A stretch of 64,000 bases of DNA from NCBI GenBank assembly GCA_963783675.1, contig CAWAOU010000018.1, positions 114,627-178,626 of the forward strand. The letters are read 5' to 3'. A model generated the notes under the pieces. It saw nothing but the letters and a program-made list of their open reading frames with translations. It made no database searches and was not told the origin of the DNA. Source of the DNA: an uncultured Gammaproteobacteria bacterium. Its GTDB lineage: Bacteria > Pseudomonadota > Gammaproteobacteria > Competibacterales > JAHEDQ01. Below, one piece after another: positions 38,866 through 48,116 of the stretch. How positions within the stretch are numbered: the stretch's first letter is position 1; each line of letters opens with the position of its first letter. The translations under genes were made by a program, and so were the position numbers.

Positions 38866-40040
38866 AAGGCGCCTTTGGAAGGGCTGGACAGCGGATCGTT
38901 GACGGCGGCAACCACCGGAATGCCACCCAGGCTTTTGGTCGGAACACGGCCACCTTGCCGGCGCTCGTGCTCCAGAACACGTTCAAGATCCACCAGCACC
39001 CCCCCATCATCCTCCAGCGCCATGACCTCCTCTCCCACCGCAATGGAGCAGCAGGCCGGCGTGACCTTGACCTGCCGGTCCAAGCGGGCCGCCAGTTCAA
39101 CCACCCCGTCGGACGGGTGGGCGATACCGTTCAAGCCCGCCAACACGGCATAGGCGTCGATTTGCATCTTGCTGATGCCCGGCGGCCTGGCACAGCCCAA
39201 CAGCAGAGGGGTGTCCGGCAAAGCCTCCCGCGCATCCATAAAAAAGCCGCCGACCGCATCGGAGTCAGGCGTGACAAACGGACGGTTTTCGGGCGCATAG
39301 AATGGCATCACTACCACCAGTACCACCGCATCGGGCAGGTGACGGCCAAGCATGCTGAGGGCATTCCACTCGCCCAGAAGCTGTCCATAGTGCAGGCCGA
39401 TGACGATATGGGGCACGACCTTCATGCTGGTTTTGACCAGGGATTCCAGGGTCGCCTCAAAATCGTCCACCGATCGCCGCAGATGATAGACCTGGGTAAT
39501 GGTGTCCTGGGCCCCGATCACGTCCATCATGGCTGCATCGACACCGGACTGTTCCATGCTGCGGGCCATGTCATCGGTCACCAGGGCGGTGTGCATGGCG
39601 ATGCGAAAATCGGGGTGGTCATCCTTCACCCGGCGGATGACCGGGTAGTACGCGTCGTACTCCACTTCGTTGCGGTGATTGGAACCGCCGGTGATCAGCA
39701 TCCCCTGCCCTCCCTGCTCAATCACCTCGTTGACCACCCGCCAGAGCGCCTCCGGTGTCCGCGCCGGCAGCATCGGCTCAAGTATTTTCGCCTTGCAGTG
39801 ATCACACTGCAGTTTGCAATCACTCCCGGTGATGGACACCGCCGGCCAGGCGCTTTTACCGCAGTCACGCAGTTCCGAACTCTGGAAGCTCTTGAAGGTG
39901 GGCGTGTAGAAGTGGATTCTGGTCGAAGCGTCCGCCCCCGATCGGCTCCAGCGCGTCTCCATTTGGCCCACCAGATCCCGATCAAAACTGACGTCTTCCA
40001 AGGCCTCTACCCGTCCCAGCGTATCAATCCACTGCCGCAT
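38856..40040 (-). CDS. Radical SAM protein, LipS-type lipoyl synthase subunit (proximal copy; LipS1 by position only)
   Basis: Radical SAM motif CKLQCDHC (CxxxCxxC). Start is trimmed to the ATG at 40040 (MRQWIDTLG...). 10-nt overlap with the ligase gene. Confidence 0.75.
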   Translation of the reverse strand: MRQWIDTLGRVEALEDVSFDRDLVGQMETRWSRSGADASTRIHFYTPTFKSFQSSELRDCGKSAWPAVSITGSDCKLQCDHCKAKILEPMLPARTPEALWRVVNEVIEQGGQGMLITGGSNHRNEVEYDAYYPVIRRVKDDHPDFRIAMHTALVTDDMARSMEQSGVDAAMMDVIGAQDTITQVYHLRRSVDDFEATLESLVKTSMKVVPHIVIGLHYGQLLGEWNALSMLGRHLPDAVVLVVVMPFYAPENRPFVTPDSDAVGGFFMDAREALPDTPLLLGCARPPGISKMQIDAYAVLAGLNGIAHPSDGVVELAARLDRQVKVTPACCSIAVGEEVMALEDDGGVLVDLERVLEHERRQGGRVPTKSLGGIPVVAAVNDPLSSPSKGAFCP

Positions 40041-40211
40041 GCCAATCACCATCTGCACCGAGCCACGCGGGCACAGTAAAACCGCACCCACGGGCGGTAT
40101 CGTTAAAGGATTCTCGCCATCTCACCGGCAACCAGCCAGGTGCGGGCCATACGACTCCGACGGACTCACGACCAGCGGACCCGGGGGATCCGCTGACCCG
40201 TCCAGGCTCGT

Positions 40212-40649
40212 TCAACAGCCTTCGAAACCCTCGGCGTCCATTTTCGCCTCGAACGCAGCCAGGGCGTCGGCTCCGGTCTTGAGCGCCCCCGACTCGCCAT
40301 CCCAATCCGAGGGCTGCAGCTTCACCAACCAACCCTCGCCATAGGGGTCCTCGTTGATCAAACCGGGATTGCCGGAGACCGCCTCATTGACTGCGGTCAC
40401 TTCACCGGCAACCGGCACCTTGGCCGGACCAACCCATTTGCCCGACTCGACGGTGGCGCAGGATTTATCCTGCTTGACCGACTTGCCGACTTTTTTCGGT
40501 GTGTAGGACACGATCTGCCCCGCCAACGAACAGGCGTATGAGGTCAGACCCACGGTCACGGCACCGTCATCCTCCCTCCGCGCCCACACATTGTTTTCCA
40601 CGTTGTAGATCAGGTCTTCAGGTACGTCGCAACCCCGTACGTCAGCCAT
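40212..40649 (-). CDS. lbpA: Lipoate-binding protein LbpA (GcvH-like), copy 2
   Basis: 145 aa from the ATG at 40649 (GGAGGA 8 nt upstream). GcvH fold with lipoyl-lysine motif TVESGKWVGPA. N-terminus MADVRGCDVPEDLIYNVENNVW. Confidence 0.85.
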   Translation of the reverse strand: MADVRGCDVPEDLIYNVENNVWARREDDGAVTVGLTSYACSLAGQIVSYTPKKVGKSVKQDKSCATVESGKWVGPAKVPVAGEVTAVNEAVSGNPGLINEDPYGEGWLVKLQPSDWDGESGALKTGADALAAFEAKMDAEGFEGC

Positions 40650-40928
40650 TGACGCGCTCCTCCAGAACTCAAGACAAACTCCCCGCCGGTCGCCCGCAGC
40701 CAACCAACGAACCCCCATGCGCCCTTGGCCTGATTTGAAACACCCCTGCCCAAGGCACGCTGCCAGGCGCCTGCGCGGTAGTAAAGGGAACGGTCTGCGG
40801 CACCGCCATTTCGGCCCGATTCCGCGATCCTCCTGGTCACATAGCGACGGCTATGCTTCTCGGACCATCCCGAAATCGTTCTCGAACTGGACAGCACCTC
40901 GCCTCATTCATTTCTACCGCGCAGACGC

Positions 40929-41327
40929 TTAGAACGAAACAACCTTATCGCAACTCAAGATCAAGTCTGCCAAAACTCCGGCGCCGGATACGTGATCCAC
41001 CTCATCAATCAGCGCATCTTCTTCCAGTTCGTAGCCTGGAAGCGCCGGGCGGCACACATGCAGGACGACCCCGGCGCGCTTGGCATCCCGTATAAACCCT
41101 ATTATCGTCTTGCCACCTTCCATGGCCACCAGCGCTTCGGCGACCCCCACCCGCATGAGATTGACGCCCTCCATGGTGAAGAAAATGTGCACCTCCGCGT
41201 CCATGGACGCCAGCAAGGCCCCAAGATAAAAGGGCGTCGCGCAGCGCTGTGGCGTGCTCGGTCCGCTGGTCACGACAAACACGACGGTTTGCTCGTCCTC
41301 ATCGTCAAGGTAGACATCCGGCTCCAT
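40929..41327 (-). CDS. DsrE/DsrF-family sulfurtransferase-like protein
   Basis: 132 aa. DsrE-like Rossmann pattern (VVFVVTSGP...) with a conserved-position Cys (LHVCRPAL). Confidence 0.7.
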   Translation of the reverse strand: MEPDVYLDDEDEQTVVFVVTSGPSTPQRCATPFYLGALLASMDAEVHIFFTMEGVNLMRVGVAEALVAMEGGKTIIGFIRDAKRAGVVLHVCRPALPGYELEEDALIDEVDHVSGAGVLADLILSCDKVVSF

Positions 41328-41330
41328 ACC

Positions 41331-41828
41331 CTATTCGGTCCTGCGCTCACACTGGATGTCTTCATTGCGCACGCGCTCGCAATAGCCCACGAACGCTGCG
41401 TCACCGGTGAGGAAATCGGCCAGCGCCAAGTCGGCGCCCCCGGTCGGTTCGACCCGGGAGATCCAGGCGCCGTAGGGGTCGGCGTTGAGCAGAGCCGGAT
41501 CGGCCAGCACCGCCGGGTTACCCTCGACGATGACGCAATCGAAGAAATTGGGGACCGGTCCCGCCCATTTCCCGCTTTCCACTGTGGCAACGGGTTTACC
41601 CGCCGGACGTCGGGTGCCGGGACGACGGACCCGAACATGAAGAATCTTGCCGGCCACGGTCTGGGAGATGTCCGTCATGCCAACGGTCAGCGTGCCGCCC
41701 TGCTCCCGCCGCACCCAGATCTGGAATTCGGGGTCATAGTGCAGCGTACCGATGAACTCACAGCCATTGCATGCCTGCATGCGGACCCCGGTGGTTGCGC
41801 CGATAATGTTCGGACGGTCTGACCTCAC
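41331..41828 (-). CDS. lbpA: Lipoate-binding protein LbpA (GcvH-like), copy 1
   Basis: Lipoyl-lysine motif TVESGKWAGPV. Alignment with copy 2 favours the internal ATG at 41780 (MQACNGCEFIGTLHYDPEFQIW) over GTG 41828. Confidence 0.85.
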   Translation of the reverse strand: MRSDRPNIIGATTGVRMQACNGCEFIGTLHYDPEFQIWVRREQGGTLTVGMTDISQTVAGKILHVRVRRPGTRRPAGKPVATVESGKWAGPVPNFFDCVIVEGNPAVLADPALLNADPYGAWISRVEPTGGADLALADFLTGDAAFVGYCERVRNEDIQCERRTE

Positions 41829-41831
41829 CCA

Positions 41832-42743
41832 TCAGATGATGCGCTTTTCCTTCAACAAGCCGATGGAATCGCTGACGTTCTCGTGGATTCCGAGCTTGCG
41901 TGGCGATAAACCCATGGCCAAGCCCAGAAGTTGGGTAAAGTAGATAATCTTCGGCGTGGTACGGATACCAAACTCGGTTTCCGCACGCACCTGGTGCATC
42001 TCCAGCCCGGAATGACAGGTCGGGCATTCGGTGGCGATCACCTCCGCGCCGCTCTCCTCCGCTGACTGCAACAGGTTCAATACCAACTGGGTGGACGTGT
42101 CGGCGTCCGACAGGGTGTGGGCACCGCCGCAACAAGCCGTCTTTAACGCGAAATCCGTATTGACCGCCCCGGCCGATGCCAGCAGATCGTCCATGAAGTG
42201 CGGCTTATATGTGGATTCCGAATCGGGGCCCTGGTCTTTCTCCGGAAAAATCTGCCGAGGCCGTGTGTACATACAGCCGTAGTAGTTGGCCACCTTGAGG
42301 CCGTTCAATTGTTTGGTCATGCGCTCCCTGATACCCGCCGGACCCAACTCCTCCATCAGCCATTCCAGCACATGCAGGGTGCGCACGTTGCCGGTGTAGA
42401 CCGGATCATCCGCCTTGCGCGCCAGCTCCTGCACTGTGCTCAAGGCATCGTCAGACGTTGCCAGTTCAAACTCGGCTTTCTTCAGATTGTGGTAGCAGCC
42501 ATTACACGGTGCCATGACCGTGTCCAAGCCCATCTGTTCGGTCGCGATGGCCAGGTTGCGGGCCGACAGGTAGGTCTGCAGCATGGGGTGAACATTCTTC
42601 ACTTCCATGGCCCCGCAACAGTTGTAGTCCCGCAGGTTTTCCATCTCCAGATCCAGCGCATTCACCAGGGCGCGGGTGGACTTGTCGTACGGGCCACCGG
42701 ACCCTTCCAGGGCACAACCCGGATAGTAGGCAACCTTAGCCAT
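41832..42743 (-). CDS. hdrB2: sHdr subunit HdrB2 (CCG-domain protein)
   Basis: 303 aa with two CCG-type cysteine motifs (YNCCGAMEV; KTACCGGAHT). Confidence 0.85.
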   Translation of the reverse strand: MAKVAYYPGCALEGSGGPYDKSTRALVNALDLEMENLRDYNCCGAMEVKNVHPMLQTYLSARNLAIATEQMGLDTVMAPCNGCYHNLKKAEFELATSDDALSTVQELARKADDPVYTGNVRTLHVLEWLMEELGPAGIRERMTKQLNGLKVANYYGCMYTRPRQIFPEKDQGPDSESTYKPHFMDDLLASAGAVNTDFALKTACCGGAHTLSDADTSTQLVLNLLQSAEESGAEVIATECPTCHSGLEMHQVRAETEFGIRTTPKIIYFTQLLGLAMGLSPRKLGIHENVSDSIGLLKEKRII

Positions 42744-43452
42744 GAGCGGCCTCCTTCTGTTCGCGCACGTACTGCTGCAGTACCTCGCCGGTCCGGCCCC
42801 AGGATTTGGTCTTGGGCGGAAACAGCATGTTGAGGCCCATCCGCAGCATTTGAGCGATGGGCAGGCCCTTGGTCATGCGTTTGCCGAACTCCACCAACCA
42901 TCCCTGCATCAGCGGCTGACCGGTCTTCTTGAAAAAATGCATCAACACGTGGCTGTCTTCGATCCGGCCAGTCTTGAAAATCTGATCGGCGAACTCTTCG
43001 TCGAAGTGGGTGGAGGGTGATTTATCGGTGATTCCCTGGTCCTCCATCCAGTGTGCCAGCGCCTTCATCACGCCCTCGGGCCGCACATCCTTGGGGCAGA
43101 TGTTCGTGCACTTATTGCAGGACACGCACTGCCAGATGATGTCTTTGTCCTTGATCAACTCTTCCTTGAGGCCCAACCGCGTCAGGTAAATCCAGTAGCG
43201 CGGATTAAACTGGGTATTCTGCGCGTACATGGTGCAGGCGTTGGTGCACGACCCACATTGCCAGCAGCGATGCACGTACTCGCCGCCACCGTAGGCCTGG
43301 ATCGTCTTCTCGAAATGCTCGTCGTAATCACGCAGCGTGCGCGGTGTGATCATGGTGTTCCAGTGGCCCGAAACATCCACCCCGTCCACGACCAGGTCAT
43401 CGGACTCCAGCAGACGCTCCGGCTCGATCAACGACTTCTCATGAATCGCCAT
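42736..43452 (-). CDS. hdrC2: sHdr subunit HdrC2 (4Fe-4S dicluster protein)
   Basis: Two ferredoxin-type motifs, CWQCGSCTNAC and CVSCNKCTNICP. 8-nt overlap with hdrB2. Confidence 0.85.
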   Translation of the reverse strand: MAIHEKSLIEPERLLESDDLVVDGVDVSGHWNTMITPRTLRDYDEHFEKTIQAYGGGEYVHRCWQCGSCTNACTMYAQNTQFNPRYWIYLTRLGLKEELIKDKDIIWQCVSCNKCTNICPKDVRPEGVMKALAHWMEDQGITDKSPSTHFDEEFADQIFKTGRIEDSHVLMHFFKKTGQPLMQGWLVEFGKRMTKGLPIAQMLRMGLNMLFPPKTKSWGRTGEVLQQYVREQKEAAHG

Positions 43453-43488
43453 CAGTGGGTCTCCAAATTTGTCTGTTCTTGCGCCGCA

Positions 43489-44328
43489 TCAGTGGCCCTT
43501 CGGGTTGCGTCTGACCCTGGATCGCCCACCGCGCCGGGCGGGCTCGATCCCCAATAGCTTGACCACAAACTCCAGCGGATCTGCCTTGGCGCCGAGTTCC
43601 CCGGTCACCATGCCGGCGTTGAACGACATAGCCTGCATGTAGTCCGAGTAAGCCTGGGCCAGCGTCAGGTCTATCAGAAACGGAATCTCACGGTAGTAGC
43701 CACGCTCGGCCAGCTGATCCGCGATCCAATCCCTGGCTTGTTCATAGGTGCCGGTGTCTCCACCCAGCGGCACTTCGCGCAATCCATCGGAACCCCGAAT
43801 CAACTCCCGCAATGCACCCGCTTCGGTGGCCGGGTCCCAGATCCACCGGGTCATCAGCGGACAGCGTTCCGGCGCTCGGAAATGCAGGCACTCCGCCGCA
43901 AAATCCCAGGCAGCGCGTTTGATCTTGCGATCACCGCCGGTGGGCGCAGCCTCAGCAAAAGCCCGGATCCGCTCCAAAGAATCGGTGTCCTCATCCAACA
44001 GGGCTTTGAGTAAACCCTGCCTTTCTTCCAAAGCCATGCTCATAAACGGACCGGCAAACTTGCGACGGGCCGTAAACATGTGCTCAAACATCGCCATGCA
44101 TGCGTCCTGATCCAGCCGGGCAGCCTCTGTACCGCCGATCAGATCCTCGAACAACGTCTGCTTGGCCGCCAGCGATTCGATGTAGTGCTCCACACCCAAG
44201 CCGGCACCCATGTGTTCGATGAGGTGATCGAACTTGCTGCCCAAGATGGCCGAGTCATAGGGTGGTTGGCGCTTCGGCGGCTCGTTTGCCCCCCCATCGC
44301 CCCTATCCTGCTTCGCGAACCAAGGCAT
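43489..44328 (-). CDS. Conserved hypothetical protein of sHdr clusters (Hyp)
   Basis: 279 aa with no cofactor motif. Occupies the invariant position between hdrA and hdrC2. Confidence 0.7.
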   Translation of the reverse strand: MPWFAKQDRGDGGANEPPKRQPPYDSAILGSKFDHLIEHMGAGLGVEHYIESLAAKQTLFEDLIGGTEAARLDQDACMAMFEHMFTARRKFAGPFMSMALEERQGLLKALLDEDTDSLERIRAFAEAAPTGGDRKIKRAAWDFAAECLHFRAPERCPLMTRWIWDPATEAGALRELIRGSDGLREVPLGGDTGTYEQARDWIADQLAERGYYREIPFLIDLTLAQAYSDYMQAMSFNAGMVTGELGAKADPLEFVVKLLGIEPARRGGRSRVRRNPKGH

Positions 44329-45355
44329 ATAGATCCGCTACGGCACGCGCGCCCGCCGTGTGTCCCTGGGAAATGGAGTCGTCTATAGTTTCAGGTCCGT
44401 ACGCCGCGCCGGCGGAATAAATCCCCTGCCGGGTCGTGCCGCAACTGTTGGTGTAGTGCTCGGCTCGGGCAAGGAATCCATGCTTTTCCAGCCCCACTCC
44501 GAACACCCGGGAGATGTCCGGATTGTCTTCGTTTGGGTCCATGCCGATGGCGTGAACCACAAGGTCGAAGGGAATGACGATGGGGCGCTTAACCAGCGTG
44601 TCCTCACCCTTTACCAGCAAGCGGCCATCACCGGATGCGGTCACCTCAGCGATGCGCGCCTTGACATATTTGGTCTTAAACTCTTCCTGAGATTTCCAGT
44701 AAAACTTGTCCTCGTACAATCCGAAGGTCCGGATGTCCATGTAGTAGATGAACACATCGGTTTCGGGCGACAGCTCCTTGATCTCCATCGCCAGGTTGGA
44801 CGACACGGTACAGCAAATCTTCGAGCACCATTCGCGACCGATTTGACGGTCACGGGAACCGACACAGAGCAGAATCGCAACCCGCTTCGGCACTCGACCA
44901 TCTGAAGGGCAACGTATCTCGCCGGCGCCCACCATCTGTTCCATCTGCGTGGTGGTGAGCACGTCTTCAAAGGTGCCAAAGCCCCACTCGGGCTTATTGA
45001 TGGGATCGAAATGGGTGAAGCCGGTACCGAGTACAATCGCGCCGGCGCTGACGGTTTCACCGTTGCTCAACGTGGCGTTGAAATTGCCGGGCTCACCCTC
45101 GAGCCGAGTGACCTTGGCAGCGGTGTGGACGCTCACGTTGGCGTCGTCAACGACCCGGGTGACCATGCGCCCGATGGCGTCCTTGGCCCACTCGCCGGAG
45201 GGCACCAGCTTGGCGTACCCCGACAGGATGGGCGCCCCACCCAGCACGTCTTCCTTCTCCACCACGACGGCGTTGAATCCCGAAGCACTGACGGTGGCCG
45301 CCGCCGACAGGCCGGCTGGACCACCACCCACCACCAGAACGGTGCTCTGCATCAC
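44303..45355 (-). CDS. hdrA: sHdr subunit HdrA (FAD-dependent, Fe-S binding)
   Basis: 350 aa. FAD fingerprint VLVVGGGPAGLSAA and a Cys cluster including WCSKICC. Confidence 0.85.
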   Translation of the reverse strand: MMQSTVLVVGGGPAGLSAAATVSASGFNAVVVEKEDVLGGAPILSGYAKLVPSGEWAKDAIGRMVTRVVDDANVSVHTAAKVTRLEGEPGNFNATLSNGETVSAGAIVLGTGFTHFDPINKPEWGFGTFEDVLTTTQMEQMVGAGEIRCPSDGRVPKRVAILLCVGSRDRQIGREWCSKICCTVSSNLAMEIKELSPETDVFIYYMDIRTFGLYEDKFYWKSQEEFKTKYVKARIAEVTASGDGRLLVKGEDTLVKRPIVIPFDLVVHAIGMDPNEDNPDISRVFGVGLEKHGFLARAEHYTNSCGTTRQGIYSAGAAYGPETIDDSISQGHTAGARAVADLYALVREAG

Positions 45356-46764
45356 GCGGTTCCTCCGTAAGCGAGTTCCGGGTTGTACAAATGTTCGATG
45401 TTCCCGGCTTCAACCTCCTTGAGGTAGGCCTGAAACCGCAGCTTGGACTCATCCCAGGAAATCCCCATCTGCTCCACCAGTTCCTCGCAGGGCGATGCGT
45501 GCCACTGGAGTTGGACGATCTTGAACGGATCTGCACCGCAAGCCAGAGCCGCGAACTGGACCTCTGCCATAATCGGCATGGTGAAATTCTGCTCGTGGCT
45601 GCGACCAATCCACTGGTTTTTGTCCATGGTGGTAACGCATCCGGTGTCGTTGGCCAACATGACGTCGGCCTTGGCCTCTTCCCGCGCCACGCGAATCTTC
45701 CGGTCCATGGTGAAGGAACGCGTGAACTCCCGCTCGGAGATGATGTGGCGAAAACCGAAGCCGCAGCAGTCATACCAGGTGGAGTAGTCGATAACCTGGG
45801 CACCCAAAGCCTGAGCAGTAGAGGTGATAATCGCCGTCCGGTTCCCGCCCAGCACGGTGGGATCGTATACCGCGTCCTCATGCACCATTTTGTAATAATG
45901 ACACGCCACATGGGTGGTGGTGCGGATGTGGGAAACATCTATCGTCTGCAATTCCGAGGCGATGCGATCGCGCATCACATGCACCCATTCCGAGTAGTGG
46001 ATAATCTCCTCGGGAATGACCAGCTTGCCATCCACCAGTCGCCCCAGTTTGCCCAGGATCTTGGTGACCTTCTCGCGCAGCTCCGCCGACTCGATCAGGT
46101 ACTTGCGAATCTCTTTGTAATTGCCGAACGAGGTGCCGCAGTGCACCAGCGGGAAGAAATGGCCAGGCTCATAGCCAAAGCGGTTACCGGAGACATAGGC
46201 CTGATGGAAATTACGCAGAAACACCGCCGCCAGTGACTCGACATTGCCGATACCGGAACCGTGGTAATTCCAAGCCGTGCAGGAGGTCTGATCGGTCTCG
46301 TCCAGATAGTCCTTGCCCGGCTCAAAACCAAACTTGTTCATGAACCACAGCAGCGAAGTGGGGTAGCCCGGAATGTTGCCGCATTGACCGCAGGACTTAT
46401 GGTGCCAGAGCTGCCGCGTCGGTACTTTCTTGTCCCAACCAAACAGCGTGCTGACCGACTTTGGATCATGGCCGTCGTTGATTCGGTGAACGATGATCTC
46501 GCCCTCCTTTTCCAACTGCCACATATGGTCCCGCACATCGTCCATACGATCGCCCAGGTCCACGGTGCGGCGATCCACATGCTTGCGGACCCACTCTGTG
46601 GCGGTCACCGCGTCCTCGGCGGACAGGTCAGTGGCCTGGAAAAACGAGCCGTGACCAGCCACACCCTGACCATCGGTATTGTGGAACCCGGGTTTCATGG
46701 TGCCGGCACCCGCACCCTCGGGTGATACGTTGTGATGCCCGGGTTTTTGATCCTTGGAACTCAT
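45352..46764 (-). CDS. hdrB1: sHdr subunit HdrB1 (CCG-domain protein)
   Basis: 470 aa. Cys-rich CCG-type motifs (WYDCCGFGFRH; VHCGTSFGNY). 4-nt overlap with hdrA. Confidence 0.85.
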   Translation of the reverse strand: MSSKDQKPGHHNVSPEGAGAGTMKPGFHNTDGQGVAGHGSFFQATDLSAEDAVTATEWVRKHVDRRTVDLGDRMDDVRDHMWQLEKEGEIIVHRINDGHDPKSVSTLFGWDKKVPTRQLWHHKSCGQCGNIPGYPTSLLWFMNKFGFEPGKDYLDETDQTSCTAWNYHGSGIGNVESLAAVFLRNFHQAYVSGNRFGYEPGHFFPLVHCGTSFGNYKEIRKYLIESAELREKVTKILGKLGRLVDGKLVIPEEIIHYSEWVHVMRDRIASELQTIDVSHIRTTTHVACHYYKMVHEDAVYDPTVLGGNRTAIITSTAQALGAQVIDYSTWYDCCGFGFRHIISEREFTRSFTMDRKIRVAREEAKADVMLANDTGCVTTMDKNQWIGRSHEQNFTMPIMAEVQFAALACGADPFKIVQLQWHASPCEELVEQMGISWDESKLRFQAYLKEVEAGNIEHLYNPELAYGGTA

Positions 46765-46822
46765 ATGGCTTTACTCCGATGAACGTCCGGTCGGTCTGTC
46801 TGGTTTGGCTCGGCCGATGCCC

Positions 46823-47506
46823 TCAATCGTCTTCCTGTTCTTCCAACCAATCGTCGTACTCTTCCTTCTTCTCGTCGATGAAGTCCTCGATCACATCGAA
46901 CAGGTTCTCATCCATGAGTGCGAGCGAATCCAGCACGCCGGTCATCTCCCAGATGGTGTACATCTCCACCGAGGTCTTGAGCGAGATTTCCCAGGCCGTG
47001 TCTGTGGTTTGCAGCGTCTGCATCGGAATCGCTTTGCGGAGCACTTTGAGGTCCCCCTCCACCTTCTGAATGTTGGGGCCCCAATCCGGGAAGTGGTCGG
47101 GTTGGATCATGTCGGGTGAAAGCTGGTTGCCTGTGGTGATCAGCTTGAGCATCACCCGTCCGAAAGGCCGGAGCACATCCTTGGCCGATTGCATCTCATG
47201 CTTGATCGCTACCTCACGCATGATGGCGACCAGCCCCCCCGGGGAGTTTTTGAACGGGCAGCGAGCGGCGCAGGTCATGCACTGGGCACAGGCCCAGATC
47301 TTCTCCTGCATGGCGTCGTAGATTTGCTCCACGTTCTCGGTCCAAAGCAGTTGGACGATTTCCCGGGGGCTATAGTCGTAGAATTGCGCCGACGGACAGG
47401 TGGCCGTGCAGATGCCACAATTCAAGCAGCCGTTCAACTCATGGTCGTAGCGGAAATCCCCACGAATATCTTCGAAAATCTGCTGCATTTCGGCATAGCT
47501 CGCCAT
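46823..47506 (-). CDS. hdrC1: sHdr subunit HdrC1 (4Fe-4S dicluster protein)
   Basis: Motifs CLNCGICTATCP and CAQCMTCAARCP. Confidence 0.85.
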   Translation of the reverse strand: MASYAEMQQIFEDIRGDFRYDHELNGCLNCGICTATCPSAQFYDYSPREIVQLLWTENVEQIYDAMQEKIWACAQCMTCAARCPFKNSPGGLVAIMREVAIKHEMQSAKDVLRPFGRVMLKLITTGNQLSPDMIQPDHFPDWGPNIQKVEGDLKVLRKAIPMQTLQTTDTAWEISLKTSVEMYTIWEMTGVLDSLALMDENLFDVIEDFIDEKKEEYDDWLEEQEDD

Positions 47507-47589
47507 AACCTACCCTCGCGTCAGGAACACTGCCTAGGACTGTGACATGGCGGCACAGTCACCGGTTCACCCTGCTCTCCGTACATGCG

Positions 47590-48060
47590 CTAAATGTACA
47601 GGCAGATGTCGGACTCACCCGCGAACTCGAAGAACGTCGCGGCACCGCCGTACTCAATGCCATCGATGAACTCGTTGGTGGGCATATCAAACAGGTCGAC
47701 CGTCATTTGACAGGCGATCATCTTTACCTCGGCCTCCATGCACAACTCGCGCAGTTCGTCGACGCTGGCGACCCCTTTCGATTTCATTTTCTTTTTCATC
47801 ATCGAGGTCATCATGCCCTGCATTCCGGGCAGAGTTTGCATCAAAACCGGCACTGGCATCGGCATGGGCATGGCTGGGTTGCCGACCGAGGTCACCTTGA
47901 GATCCAGATCTTTCTTCAGCAGCTGGAGTCCGTAGAAGGTAAAGAAAATCTGGGTCTCATAGCCCAAGGCGGCGGCCGTGGACGCAAGTATGAACGGGGG
48001 GTAAGCCCAATCCAGACTGCCCTTGGTCGCGATAATAGCGAGCTTCTTTTCATCCGACAT
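47590..48060 (-). CDS. dsrE3: DsrE3-type (DsrE family) sulfurtransferase
   Basis: 156 aa. DsrE-family pattern (KLAIIATKGSLDWAYPP) with a conserved Cys in MIACQMT. Adjacent to tusA. Confidence 0.75.
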   Translation of the reverse strand: MSDEKKLAIIATKGSLDWAYPPFILASTAAALGYETQIFFTFYGLQLLKKDLDLKVTSVGNPAMPMPMPVPVLMQTLPGMQGMMTSMMKKKMKSKGVASVDELRELCMEAEVKMIACQMTVDLFDMPTNEFIDGIEYGGAATFFEFAGESDICLYI

Positions 48061-48116
48061 AATGCAACTCCAGTGGCTCTGCCCTGATCAGCAGACGCTG
48101 CCTGCCGATTGATCGA

